From Escherichia phage vB_EcoM_ECO1230-10: DNA of 41,666 nucleotides. Under the pieces are notes generated by a model. The model was given only the letters and a program-made list of their open reading frames with translations. It was not told the DNA's origin and did not search any database. Position 1 is the stretch's first letter, and the number at the start of each line of letters is the position of its first letter. The translations under genes were made by a program, and so were the position numbers. Positions 1 to 8,468 of this stretch are shown here, piece by piece. The stretch lies in sequence record NC_027995.1; one strand, given 5' to 3'.

Positions 1-27
1 CCCGCCGTTATGGCGGGTTTTTCTTTG
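1..27 (+). terminator. intrinsic terminator-like hairpin at window start
   Basis: stem cccgcc/ggcggg with 5-nt loop followed by tttttcttt; would terminate the plus-strand operon ending with SSB if the ends are contiguous. Confidence 0.45.
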
Positions 28-74
28 GCTTTGTATAATCTAAGCACGTTTAAACGCATTGCGAGGAAATATAT

Positions 75-749
75 ATGGACCGTGAAGGTTGGTTAAATGC
101 TTTGGCGGCGAAGTTTGCGCCGCGCTTTAAAGAATTCGGCTACGAAATGCCTAAATTCCGCGTATCAGTTGGCTTTTGCAGCGGCGGTGCGCGTTCAAGT
201 ACGGCTGCACAGTGCTGGCACAGCAAGTGCAGTTCAGACAACACGTTTGAAATCTTCATCATGCCAGACCAGGTGGAACCGTACCTGGTCGCAAACCACC
301 TGTGGCACGAACTGACTCACGCCACCGTTGGTTTTGACTGTGGACATAAGGGCGCGTTTGCCACGGTGTGCAAGGCTGTTGGCCTGAATGGACCGATGAC
401 CGCCACCACGCCTGGCGAGAAATTCAAAGAGTACGTCAAACCGTTCCTGGACGAACTTGGCCCGATGCCACACGCCAAGCTGACGTTTGACCGTGGCATG
501 TCCATAAAGGTTCCACGCCTGCGCATCGGCCTGGATGAAGGTGGTGACGATGGTGAAGGGGAAGAAATCGAAGTGGCACCGGTCGGCGGCGCGTCCACAG
601 CGAAGCCTAAGCAAACCACCAGGCTGAAAAAGTGCGAATGCCAGGAATGTGGCTACACGGTTCGGGTAACGCAAAAGTGGCTGGAAGTCGGTCCGCCTCA
701 CTGCCCGGAACACGGTGAAATGAAACCGGAAGGGGATGGCGATGATTGA
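75..749 (+). CDS. HExxH (SprT-like) zinc-metallopeptidase-domain protein with C-terminal zinc ribbon
   Basis: ATG at 75 preceded by GAGGAAAT; WHELTHA motif; C-terminal CxxC...HCPEH cluster. Confidence 0.5.
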   Translation: MDREGWLNALAAKFAPRFKEFGYEMPKFRVSVGFCSGGARSSTAAQCWHSKCSSDNTFEIFIMPDQVEPYLVANHLWHELTHATVGFDCGHKGAFATVCKAVGLNGPMTATTPGEKFKEYVKPFLDELGPMPHAKLTFDRGMSIKVPRLRIGLDEGGDDGEGEEIEVAPVGGASTAKPKQTTRLKKCECQECGYTVRVTQKWLEVGPPHCPEHGEMKPEGDGDD

Positions 750-888
750 TTATCTTGGCGCGCTTATTCTGATAGCTGGCATTTACAGCTTTACGCGTGG
801 TTGCTGGTTAGGTGGCGGCTACCTGTTCGCCTGGCTGGTTCCGGCGCTGATCTATATTTGCACCGCCATCAGCATTTTTGAGCGATAA
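742..888 (+). CDS. small hydrophobic membrane protein (48 aa)
   Basis: ATG overlaps the upstream stop (ATGA); translation MIDYLGALILIAGIYSFTRGCWLGGGYLFAWLVPALIYICTAISIFER; not in ORF track (under 60 aa). Confidence 0.3.
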   Translation: MIDYLGALILIAGIYSFTRGCWLGGGYLFAWLVPALIYICTAISIFER

Positions 889-890
889 AT

Positions 891-916
891 AAAAACCCCG
901 CCGAAGCGGGGTTTTG
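891..916 (+). terminator. bidirectional intrinsic terminator
   Basis: aaaaa-ccccgc-cgaa-gcgggg-ttttgtg; perfect 6-bp GC stem flanked by A-run and T-run. Confidence 0.55.
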
Positions 917-1475
917 TGTCACGTGACGCTGTGATGCGAGATACAGATCACCTGCCTTATTGGAATCACTTGTCGGGTAAGTTCCAGTCTGTGCGAATGA
1001 CGCACTGGGATGCGCTTTCACGTTGCGAGGTAACACCCTGGGGTTGTAAGTGTTCGCAAAAGCGCATCACGGTGCGTGTTGTGGTTGCCGGTGTTGCTTG
1101 CCACTTCCGTTATTCCAACTACGGACGCTATTTACACCGGCGAACTATTAAGAACCACAACGGAAAGAACACTGAACCTATGCTTGATGGATTTCTCGCT
1201 GGGTGATCAACTCCAGCGTTCCTGACGGCCTCACCAAACAAGCGGAATCGAACCGCTCAATGCTCTTGCCTGTTGTGTGCCGGTTACATCTCCGGCGCTG
1301 CGCCTATATCAGCCGTCTGCGTAGAGCTAGATTTTTCGTCAGCGTCTGCGTTGCAGTTCTAACTACTCGTTGTCGCTCTGTTAATAACTCTACATCACGC
1401 TATAGCATTCTGCAACCATATTTCCCACTTATTCATCGCCTCTCGCATCTGCGGCAGGTAGTATAAGCGGTAGGT

Positions 1476-1504
1476 TGCAGGTTCGATTCCTGGAGTGGTC
1501 GCCA
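1476..1504 (+). other. tRNA 3'-end-like fragment (T-loop consensus, acceptor 3' strand, CCA) without a complete cloverleaf
   Basis: GGTTCGATTCC at 1480-1490 then tggagtggtcgCCA; no complementary 5' acceptor strand or anticodon arm found upstream. Confidence 0.25.
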
Positions 1505-1510
1505 CAAACA

Positions 1511-1542
1511 AAAAGCCCGCCGAAGTGGCGGGCTGTTGTTTT
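1511..1542 (-). terminator. bidirectional intrinsic terminator
   Basis: aaaa-gcccgcc-gaagt-ggcgggc-tgttgtttt immediately after stop of the 1541-1810 gene. Confidence 0.55.
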
Positions 1543-1810
1543 AGGAGTCCTGGTTAAAACTCGTCATTCTGTCAATCAGCGGCCCTATCTTCGATTCTGC
1601 TAACTGCTGGTCAAAGACATCAAAAGCCTGTTCAGCGGCCTCCACGGATGGAAAACCCATCCCCATTTCCGCTTCCGCCATATCACCAACATAAAAATAA
1701 ATGCGCACCTGCATTTCAACCCCTGGTGAACTATCGCTGTCAGGCTCGCGCAACATTACAACTATCTGGCCGTATTTCTCACTTTCAAACAGCTTTGCAA
1801 ACTTTTTCAC
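1541..1810 (-). CDS. hypothetical protein (89 aa)
   Basis: ORF track; GTG start preceded by AGGGGGAAG; last gene of minus-strand operon before terminator. Confidence 0.55.
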   Translation of the reverse strand: MKKFAKLFESEKYGQIVVMLREPDSDSSPGVEMQVRIYFYVGDMAEAEMGMGFPSVEAAEQAFDVFDQQLAESKIGPLIDRMTSFNQDS

Positions 1811-1819
1811 ACTTCCCCC

Positions 1820-2131
1820 TTACGCCGTCAGTTCGGCGGGTTTGTCTTTGGTCAGTTGGTCAGGTTCCTGGTGGTCGTCACCGTCGATTGGCATCAGACA
1901 TCTTGGCGCAAAAAGCGACCAGCCTTGATCATGTTCACATCCTTTTGGATAAACATTCCCGGTCACCAACCATGAGGCATCGGCTTTCAGAGATAAGAAA
2001 GTCTCTCCGCCTGTAGGAATGTTAAACATCTGGCCAGGGGTGACAAAACGAACCAGCGTTACACACTTCCCGGCGTGTGGGTTGTCACCAATAACCAGCG
2101 CCAGGCAACCGGCTTTCAGTTCGCCTTTCAT
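1820..2131 (-). CDS. hypothetical protein (103 aa)
   Basis: ORF track; ATG overlaps upstream stop (ATGA coupling with ParB-like gene). Confidence 0.55.
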   Translation of the reverse strand: MKGELKAGCLALVIGDNPHAGKCVTLVRFVTPGQMFNIPTGGETFLSLKADASWLVTGNVYPKGCEHDQGWSLFAPRCLMPIDGDDHQEPDQLTKDKPAELTA

Positions 2132-3003
2132 TCCGGCACCCCGCCCACGTAATCAGCCACCAGGGCCATGAATTCACGCACCACGCCAGCAGGTGCGCGC
2201 AGGGTCATGGATTCGTCATCCTCGGCATCTTCCAGACGTTCATCGCTGTGGACCAGTTCGATATGCACAGCCAGGTCAGCCAGGCGCGTCAGCTTGTCTT
2301 TGCCAAACGGTGGCTGGATGGCTTCCGGCTTGGCCTTCTGCGCTTTCGGTGCCTTCGGCTCGGTGAATTTCTTCGTTACTTTATCCTTGCCAGCGGCTTT
2401 GGCTTCTTCCAGCGCCTGTGCGGCCACGGCTTCTGCTTCGGTTCCGTGCTGGCGTGTCAGTTCGGTGGCGGTCACGTAGGACATCTGGCCGCCGCGCACC
2501 ATGTCTTTGATGGGGTCCGGGCACTCAGCCAGGGCCAGCATGTTGGCCACGTCTGACGGGCTGCGCTTCACCTTCCTGGCTATCTCGTCATTGGTCCAGC
2601 CCTGCGCTTTCAGGCGCGCATAGGCTTTGGCGCGTTCCAGCGGTTCCAGTGGCTTGCCCTGGCTGCTGGTGACCATCAGCGCGATTTTGTCAGCCTCACT
2701 GGTGCCGGTGATGTCGTTCACTTCCAGACGCAGTTCCATGCCGGTTTCTGCGGCCATCTTGGCACCGGCAAAGCGGTGGTGGCCGTCAATCACCTTGATG
2801 CCATGCTGCGTCACTTCCACGGTCAGCGGAGGCACATATTCACCTGCCAGGTACGCATCGCGGAATTCTTCAACGTGCGCCTGGTCCACGTCGCGGATGT
2901 TGTAGCCATCTTCCACATACAGTTCAGCCAGCGGTACCCAAAACACCTTGCGCGGCTTTGCTTCTGTTTGTTTTGATTTATAAAGTTGTCCGATAGTAGC
3001 CAT
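2128..3003 (-). CDS. ParB-like nuclease domain protein
   Basis: IDGHHRFAGAKMA ParB/Srx-type motif in N-terminal half, followed by HTH-like segment and Lys/Ala-rich linker. Confidence 0.7.
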   Translation of the reverse strand: MATIGQLYKSKQTEAKPRKVFWVPLAELYVEDGYNIRDVDQAHVEEFRDAYLAGEYVPPLTVEVTQHGIKVIDGHHRFAGAKMAAETGMELRLEVNDITGTSEADKIALMVTSSQGKPLEPLERAKAYARLKAQGWTNDEIARKVKRSPSDVANMLALAECPDPIKDMVRGGQMSYVTATELTRQHGTEAEAVAAQALEEAKAAGKDKVTKKFTEPKAPKAQKAKPEAIQPPFGKDKLTRLADLAVHIELVHSDERLEDAEDDESMTLRAPAGVVREFMALVADYVGGVPE

Positions 3004-3083
3004 TTACATAAACCCCAACACAAATGAAGTGATTAAAAATGAAGCCCATACAATAATGATGGGCAGATCACGTTTTTTAACAA

Positions 3084-3791
3084 TCATTGTTTACGATAAC
3101 CTTTGCCAGAAAGCCAAATTGCAATTTCTGTGGCAACACCAATGTCAAGGCTGGTTTTTGTAGTGGCCGCAAAGTTAGCCAGTTCGTAAAGTATTTCATC
3201 ACGCGCTTCACATTCATTCATGTCGGACTCTAACTGATCATCGTTCAATATCGCAGTATCGCGAGGCACAACAATTCCAGCGGTTTGGGATTCGTTAGGC
3301 TGTACGATGCGGTAAGCAATGATGTCACCGTTACTGCCAGTATGTGACCATGAAAAATCTCCTGCTCTGTCATTATTGAAATGAAGCGGACTAGGTTTCA
3401 GGTATTTGACTTCAACAATTGCGTCACTATCCACCGGGCATTCACCGCCAGCCCATTCAATCCAGCCGTCAGCGTCGGCAGCACTGGCGGTTTTGCCTGC
3501 CCCTGCGTCAGACGTGTAGTGTCCAGTTGAAACCTGGTACGGTCGCAGTTCTTTACTGGCTGCCAGCGCGGCTTCGTACTGTTCGCGGGTGATTTTTACG
3601 CCAGCCTCGCCACATTTTCTGTGATCAATAGCCAGTTCATTAAGGAAGATTCCTGTTCTTACATTTCCTCGACCGTAAAACATAAGTTCACGGTCGTAAT
3701 CTTGCCCGATGCGGGTTACTTTTTTTGGCCACCCGCCATTTTCAGGAAGATACGCAACCAGCAAAGCAAGTAAAGTTTTTGATGTGTTCAT
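3084..3791 (-). CDS. hypothetical protein (235 aa), accessory gene downstream of tail gene D
   Basis: ORF track; no recognisable motif; relatively AT-rich compared with tail genes. Confidence 0.6.
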   Translation of the reverse strand: MNTSKTLLALLVAYLPENGGWPKKVTRIGQDYDRELMFYGRGNVRTGIFLNELAIDHRKCGEAGVKITREQYEAALAASKELRPYQVSTGHYTSDAGAGKTASAADADGWIEWAGGECPVDSDAIVEVKYLKPSPLHFNNDRAGDFSWSHTGSNGDIIAYRIVQPNESQTAGIVVPRDTAILNDDQLESDMNECEARDEILYELANFAATTKTSLDIGVATEIAIWLSGKGYRKQ

Positions 3792-3885
3792 GTGGGCATT
3801 ACCTCGTTATTAATCCGGGCAGGTTATCCGCCCGGATAAGGTAATGATATGCGATGATGTAGAGTGATTGCAACAATGTTTGTTG

Positions 3886-5040
3886 TTATTTTTCTTCAAT
3901 GACGTGACCAGGTCCGTCATCGCCTTCGTTAATGTCCTTTTCTTCGATCACGTGTCCTGGACCATCATCGTCAGGCGGGTCGCTTTCTTGCGGCTTCCTG
4001 CGCTCGATGATTTGCACCTTAGGTTCTTCTTCGCTGTTCGGCTTCGTTGCTTCCACGTCGCACGAATAACCATTATCATCCAGCCTGTGATCTGCGCGGG
4101 TAATCAGCCATTCCCCATCAATGCCATCTCGGAACCCAACAAGCACCAGTTTGCATTCAGCGGCAATGGTCGGGTCACCAGGCAGCGTTACGGCAACAGT
4201 CACCTGGTTGCGCTGACGCTTAGACAGTTCGGCTTTGGCTGCGTCCAGTGCCATTGCCTGCGTTGGGTAGTATTTGCCAATGCGTTTTACCGGCTCACCT
4301 TCGCCAACCTTCACTTCGTTGCGCGCGGCCTTCTTCGTCACCTGGTAGTAAGCCACCACCGTGCCTGCGTTTTCGCGCTTCTGGCTGGTTAGCCGGAATG
4401 CGGTGCAATCCTGCGCCGTCAGCGTTATGGTTGGCAGTTCTTCGCCGCTGGCCGTCTTACCTTCTCCGCGCTTCGTGACCGTGATTTTGCCGCCTGATGG
4501 CTTCACTACGCCGTCATATTTCTTGGCCAGTCGCAGTAACAGGTTCAGGTCAGATTCATCGGCCTGGTCGGTGTGGGGCAGGGTGATTTTGGCCATGCTA
4601 TCTGACACGGCTGATTCCATGCCGTGTTCTTCGGCAATCTTCTTCACCATGTCGCCAAACTTCGTGCCTTTGGTCCAGCTACGTGATTTTTGCGTTTGCA
4701 GGTCGGTTTTGCCTCCCTTTGACTTGTCATAGGTGGCGGCGCGCGCCCTGATTGTCATGGCGCCTGGCCAGCCAGCCAGTTCCACTTCGTCACAGATGAA
4801 CAAGCCCATGCGCTGTGTCCAGTTATCATAACCCAGGAACAGTTCCAGTTCTGCGCCTGTTTCCGGCATCTGGATTGGGTTGGCCGGTTCATCATCGGCA
4901 AGGCTTATTTCCAGCGTGTCAGATTCCAGCCCCACACCATCGGACAGGCTAAGACTTATCAGGCGTTCATTGATTTTTGCGGTGATGTCATCGCCGTTGG
5001 CCAGCACGCGAAACGCTGGCGCAATTCCAGTCAATCCCAT
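3886..5040 (-). CDS. tail protein D (P2 gpD / late control D family)
   Basis: size and sequence style of P2 gpD; terminal position in tail operon after U and X; C-terminal DDGPGHVIEEK x2. Confidence 0.85.
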   Translation of the reverse strand: MGLTGIAPAFRVLANGDDITAKINERLISLSLSDGVGLESDTLEISLADDEPANPIQMPETGAELELFLGYDNWTQRMGLFICDEVELAGWPGAMTIRARAATYDKSKGGKTDLQTQKSRSWTKGTKFGDMVKKIAEEHGMESAVSDSMAKITLPHTDQADESDLNLLLRLAKKYDGVVKPSGGKITVTKRGEGKTASGEELPTITLTAQDCTAFRLTSQKRENAGTVVAYYQVTKKAARNEVKVGEGEPVKRIGKYYPTQAMALDAAKAELSKRQRNQVTVAVTLPGDPTIAAECKLVLVGFRDGIDGEWLITRADHRLDDNGYSCDVEATKPNSEEEPKVQIIERRKPQESDPPDDDGPGHVIEEKDINEGDDGPGHVIEEK

Positions 5041-5240
5041 AATTTGATGCCCTGCGTGGTTGCTGGTGTCGTGATTTCCGGCAGGTTGATGACCAGGCCA
5101 GCAGGCAGCACAGGTCCACGGTCTGCCAGCCCTTTGTTGGCGTTCAGCAGTGCTTCCACGGTGCCAGCGTCCTGGTTTCCGTAGTATTTCCAGGCGATGT
5201 AATCAGCCGTGTCACCATCTTTGGTAATGTAAGTTTGCAT
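5031..5240 (-). CDS. tail protein X (P2 gpX-like, LysM-like)
   Basis: 69 aa; GDT..D.I...YYG......ALL.AN.GLA..G.VLP.G pattern as in P2 gpX. Confidence 0.8.
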   Translation of the reverse strand: MQTYITKDGDTADYIAWKYYGNQDAGTVEALLNANKGLADRGPVLPAGLVINLPEITTPATTQGIKLWD

Positions 5241-5650
5241 CAGTTGAACCGCCGAAGTTGCAAATTGAATTCCTGTTTGCGTGGCGCACCGAACGCCGCG
5301 AACAATGATTGTTTTTCGTCAATGGCTTCAATCAGCCACTTGCCCCACAGCTTACCCAGGCCGTCCACCAGCAACAGCGGCTGACCACGTCCAGCCATGC
5401 TGCGCATTTGCTCTACCTGCTGAAAACCGCCACGGTATTCAGGGTAAATGATGCCAGCCAGGGTGATGGTTTCCTCTCCAATACCCACGAATTGCGATGA
5501 TGGTCGCTGGCCAAAACGGTGCTGCGATGGCCACTTATATTCGCTGTGGCGGTTCAGTTCCTGATATGCAGCAGTGAGGATGCAGAACTGGAAGCCGCCC
5601 AACATCATCATGATGTTGGTCTGCCCGGTTAAAATCGTGAAACTGGTCAT
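5240..5650 (-). CDS. tail protein U (P2 gpU-like)
   Basis: YQEL...S...P....G.RP..QF.G.GEETITL.G..YPE..GG and WLIEAIDEKQ motifs typical of gpU. Confidence 0.8.
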   Translation of the reverse strand: MTSFTILTGQTNIMMMLGGFQFCILTAAYQELNRHSEYKWPSQHRFGQRPSSQFVGIGEETITLAGIIYPEYRGGFQQVEQMRSMAGRGQPLLLVDGLGKLWGKWLIEAIDEKQSLFAAFGAPRKQEFNLQLRRFN

Positions 5651-7992
5651 GGTGCCGTCACTCCGTCATTCATCATGCTGCGCTGGCGCACCTGGCGTCG
5701 GCGCTCCTGTTCGTCGGCAATACGTTTGGCCAGGTCGGCGTTGTTCTCACCAGGGCGCTGCGTCACCTGAATGGTGGTTGTGCTGCTGTCGGTGTACGTA
5801 CTGCCGCCACGGTTTGCCAGGGCAGGCGCTGGCAATGCGTTACCTGGCGTCATCGGTGATGCCAGTGTGTTACCTTCTGGTACGTCATCACCACCAAACG
5901 GATTGCGGAAAAAGTCTTTTGTTGACTCCCACGCGCTGCCAGCCATGTCAGAAACGCTGTTTTTGAAATCAATGGCTTTTTGCGTCAGTGCGCCAATGTT
6001 GTCAGAAACCCAAATGATCTTATCAATCAGGAACTGAATTGGCCCCAACACAAAATCAATGCCTGCGGCAAGCGCCTTGCCGAACTTCTGGCCAGCGTCA
6101 CCGGCCTTTTTCAGTTCTTCGCTGCTGTAGCTCACCGGTTCGGCCAGTTTTGTGAACCAATCCCACACCTTGCCAGCAACGTCAGCAACCCACTGGAACG
6201 CGGTTTTGACTGGCCCTAACTTATCCCACAGCGCCTGGAATTTCTCCGTCACTGGTTGCAACCCTTGCTGGATTCCCTGCAAAGTGCCGGTCATGAACGC
6301 TTTGACGCCAGCCCAATTGCGGTAAATCCACAGGCCGCCAAGCGCCAGTCCGGTAATCAGGGCACCAATGCCGGTGGAAATGAACGCCGCACCTATGGCG
6401 CGCACACCAGCGACAACGGCAGGGATTCCACGCGTTGCCATGCCCAACAGTCCACCGTTGGCCACGGTAGCTGCGGCACCAACCGCACGCGAGGAAACTG
6501 CGGTCAAGGCCATCTGTGCGCGGGCACCAGCCAGGGCGCCTACAATACGAAGCGCACCACCACGCAGGTACGTGAACGCGAAGCCAGCAGCAAACGTGGC
6601 AATGCGCATGGTAATCAGTGCGCCAGCCGTGGCTACAATGGCTTTGGTGACAACCGGGTGCGCTTGCGCCAGTTCTGTAACCTTGCCAATCCACGGACTA
6701 ATGGTTTTCAGGACGCTGTTGAATGCTGGAAGCAGCACGCTGCCAATAGTGATACCAAGTGCGGTGATCTGGTTTCGGAATATTACCAGTTCGTTTGCCG
6801 TTGTTGCGGCCCGTGCCTGGTATTCTTTTTCCATCGAACCGGCATATTTCATTTTGTTCGCTACAGCGTCAAAATTCTTTTCCAGTTCCTTGATGTTCGT
6901 CAGCAATGGCGCAATTGAACCAACAACCTCTTTGCCAAAAAGCTGCGTCAGAACCGCTGACTGTTCGTGTTTCCGCAGTTTTGCAACCTGCTTGAGAATG
7001 ACAAGCATGGTTTTTTTGGAGTCCAGTTGCATGGATTTTGCAACTGCTGTTGAGGAATAGCCAAGCCGTGCGAATGCTTCGCGCTGCGATTTTGTCGCAG
7101 CTTTACCCGCCGTCAGTGACAGCATCAGGTTTTTGATACCAGTGGCGGCAATCTCGTTTTGCACACCCATGCCGCGCAGTGTCGCACCAAGTGCGGCAAT
7201 CTCACCGGAAGCAGTACCGGCAACCTCGCCAAGTGGCCCGATGCGCTGCACGATCTCCATGATGTCTTTGGCTGATGCGGCAGTGTTATTGCCCAGGTAG
7301 TTGATTTTGTCAGCCAGGACGACAACCTGTTGCTGGTTCATCTTGAACGCAGAGCGCATCTCTGCCATCGCCTGGCCTGCCTGGTCAGCGGTGATGTCGA
7401 ACGCCACGCCCATCTTGATGGCTGATTCCGCAAACGTCATCAGTTCTTTGGCTGCAATGCCAGACTGACCACCCGCGGCAACGATCTTGCCAATGTCGTT
7501 GGCTGTCATCGGCAGAACTTTTGACATGTTGATAATGTCCTGCCCCATCTTTTTGAATCCGTCAGGTGTGTCGAAATCAACAACCTTTTTCACGTCAGCC
7601 ATCGTGGATTCAAAATCAATAGCGGCTTTGACCGGTGCGGCGATAGTGGCACCCAGGGCAATGGTGCCCATGATCCCATCTTTGTATTGTTCACGCTTCG
7701 CCAGGTTGCGTTCGCGGGCATCCTCCACGCGTTTCAGGCGTTCGGTGGCGGTGCGCAGTTTGTCAACCGCAGCAACGTTGGCGGCATATTTGGCGCGCAG
7801 TGAATCAACGTTTTTGCCCTGGCGGCCAAACGTCTGGATGGCGTTGGTTAGTGTGCGTTGTTCGCGTTCCAGCTTGGCCATTGCTGCGCCAACCTGTTCC
7901 ACAGATGATTTGACGGTGCCGAATGCGCCTTTAAGGCTGCTTGAAACTGCCCCGCCTATCGTGATCGTTGCATTGAGCTTCTTATTTGCCAT
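5647..7992 (-). CDS. tail tape measure protein
   Basis: 781 aa, Ala/Gly-rich with coiled-coil N-terminus; sits between E/E' chaperone and U. Confidence 0.85.
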   Translation of the reverse strand: MANKKLNATITIGGAVSSSLKGAFGTVKSSVEQVGAAMAKLEREQRTLTNAIQTFGRQGKNVDSLRAKYAANVAAVDKLRTATERLKRVEDARERNLAKREQYKDGIMGTIALGATIAAPVKAAIDFESTMADVKKVVDFDTPDGFKKMGQDIINMSKVLPMTANDIGKIVAAGGQSGIAAKELMTFAESAIKMGVAFDITADQAGQAMAEMRSAFKMNQQQVVVLADKINYLGNNTAASAKDIMEIVQRIGPLGEVAGTASGEIAALGATLRGMGVQNEIAATGIKNLMLSLTAGKAATKSQREAFARLGYSSTAVAKSMQLDSKKTMLVILKQVAKLRKHEQSAVLTQLFGKEVVGSIAPLLTNIKELEKNFDAVANKMKYAGSMEKEYQARAATTANELVIFRNQITALGITIGSVLLPAFNSVLKTISPWIGKVTELAQAHPVVTKAIVATAGALITMRIATFAAGFAFTYLRGGALRIVGALAGARAQMALTAVSSRAVGAAATVANGGLLGMATRGIPAVVAGVRAIGAAFISTGIGALITGLALGGLWIYRNWAGVKAFMTGTLQGIQQGLQPVTEKFQALWDKLGPVKTAFQWVADVAGKVWDWFTKLAEPVSYSSEELKKAGDAGQKFGKALAAGIDFVLGPIQFLIDKIIWVSDNIGALTQKAIDFKNSVSDMAGSAWESTKDFFRNPFGGDDVPEGNTLASPMTPGNALPAPALANRGGSTYTDSSTTTIQVTQRPGENNADLAKRIADEQERRRQVRQRSMMNDGVTAP

Positions 7993-7998
7993 TTATTT

Positions 7999-8408
7999 TT
8001 AAGCCTTCGGCAATCCTTCCAACCACCACACAAAGCGGGAAACCCGCAACCTTTGAATTTCCGATAACTGCCAGCCCGTATGACTTGCGAGCGCCAAAGC
8101 GCCCGCGCGTATGTATTCCGGGCTTAATCTAAAAAACTGATGTAGGCAGCCTGTAGGCGCTTATAGTCTTTCAGCGGCAGGCGGCGGATGTCATCAGGTG
8201 CCTGTTCACACAGGTTGGCAAACGTCTGGATTTCGCGCGCAGCATCGCTGCCGCCCATGTCGCTTGCAATCTCCTGGTCAGCCACGGTGGGTTCGCGCAT
8301 ACGCAGCACGGAAACGTCAACGCCCGCGATTTTCAGCGGTCGTGACAGGGTGATGTCACAGTGGCCGGTTTCGTTGTTGAATTTCAGGTAATCAGGTAAT
8401 TTCGCCAT
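7999..8408 (-). CDS. tail assembly chaperone E+E' (-1 frameshift product, about 136 aa)
   Basis: -1 frame is open from slippery site to TAA at 7999-8001, 8 nt before tape-measure ATG; extension RLSPEYIRAGALALASHTGWQLSEIQRLRVSRFVWWLEGLPKA. Confidence 0.55.
8124..8408 (-). CDS. tail assembly chaperone E (P2 gpE-like)
   Basis: 94-aa ORF directly upstream of tape measure; ends ...ISFLD with slippery site in last codons. Confidence 0.7.
   Translation of the reverse strand: MAKLPDYLKFNNETGHCDITLSRPLKIAGVDVSVLRMREPTVADQEIASDMGGSDAAREIQTFANLCEQAPDDIRRLPLKDYKRLQAAYISFLD
8130..8136 (-). promoter_or_regulatory. -1 programmed ribosomal frameshift slippery heptamer T_TTT_TTA
   Basis: plus-strand taaaaaa; in gene E frame reads AGT TTT TTA GAT TAA. 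Confidence 0.55.
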
Positions 8409-8468
8409 TTCTTATCGCCTTAAACAATGATTGTTGAAAATGGCCAGCCAAATGACTGGCCGTAAAAA

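Noticed and set aside
916-1466. Plus-strand ORFs 916-1206 and 1203-1466
   Set aside because: No RBS, odd composition (Cys/His/Arg-rich), and they sit in a terminator-bounded region with tRNA-like structure; treated as noncoding.
1241-1504. Possible intact tRNA genes at the two T-loop-like sites
   Set aside because: The T-arm and CCA end are present, but I could not build acceptor, D or anticodon arms with proper pairing on either strand; reported only as tRNA-like fragments.
5771-8002. Numerous plus-strand ORFs (e.g. 5980-6219, 6256-6918, 6368-7060, 7487-8002) and minus-strand alternate-frame ORFs (6221-6694, 7125-7325)
   Set aside because: They lie antisense to, or out of frame within, the tape measure gene. 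Their translations are Arg/Cys/His-rich low-complexity typical of shadow ORFs in GC-rich coding DNA.
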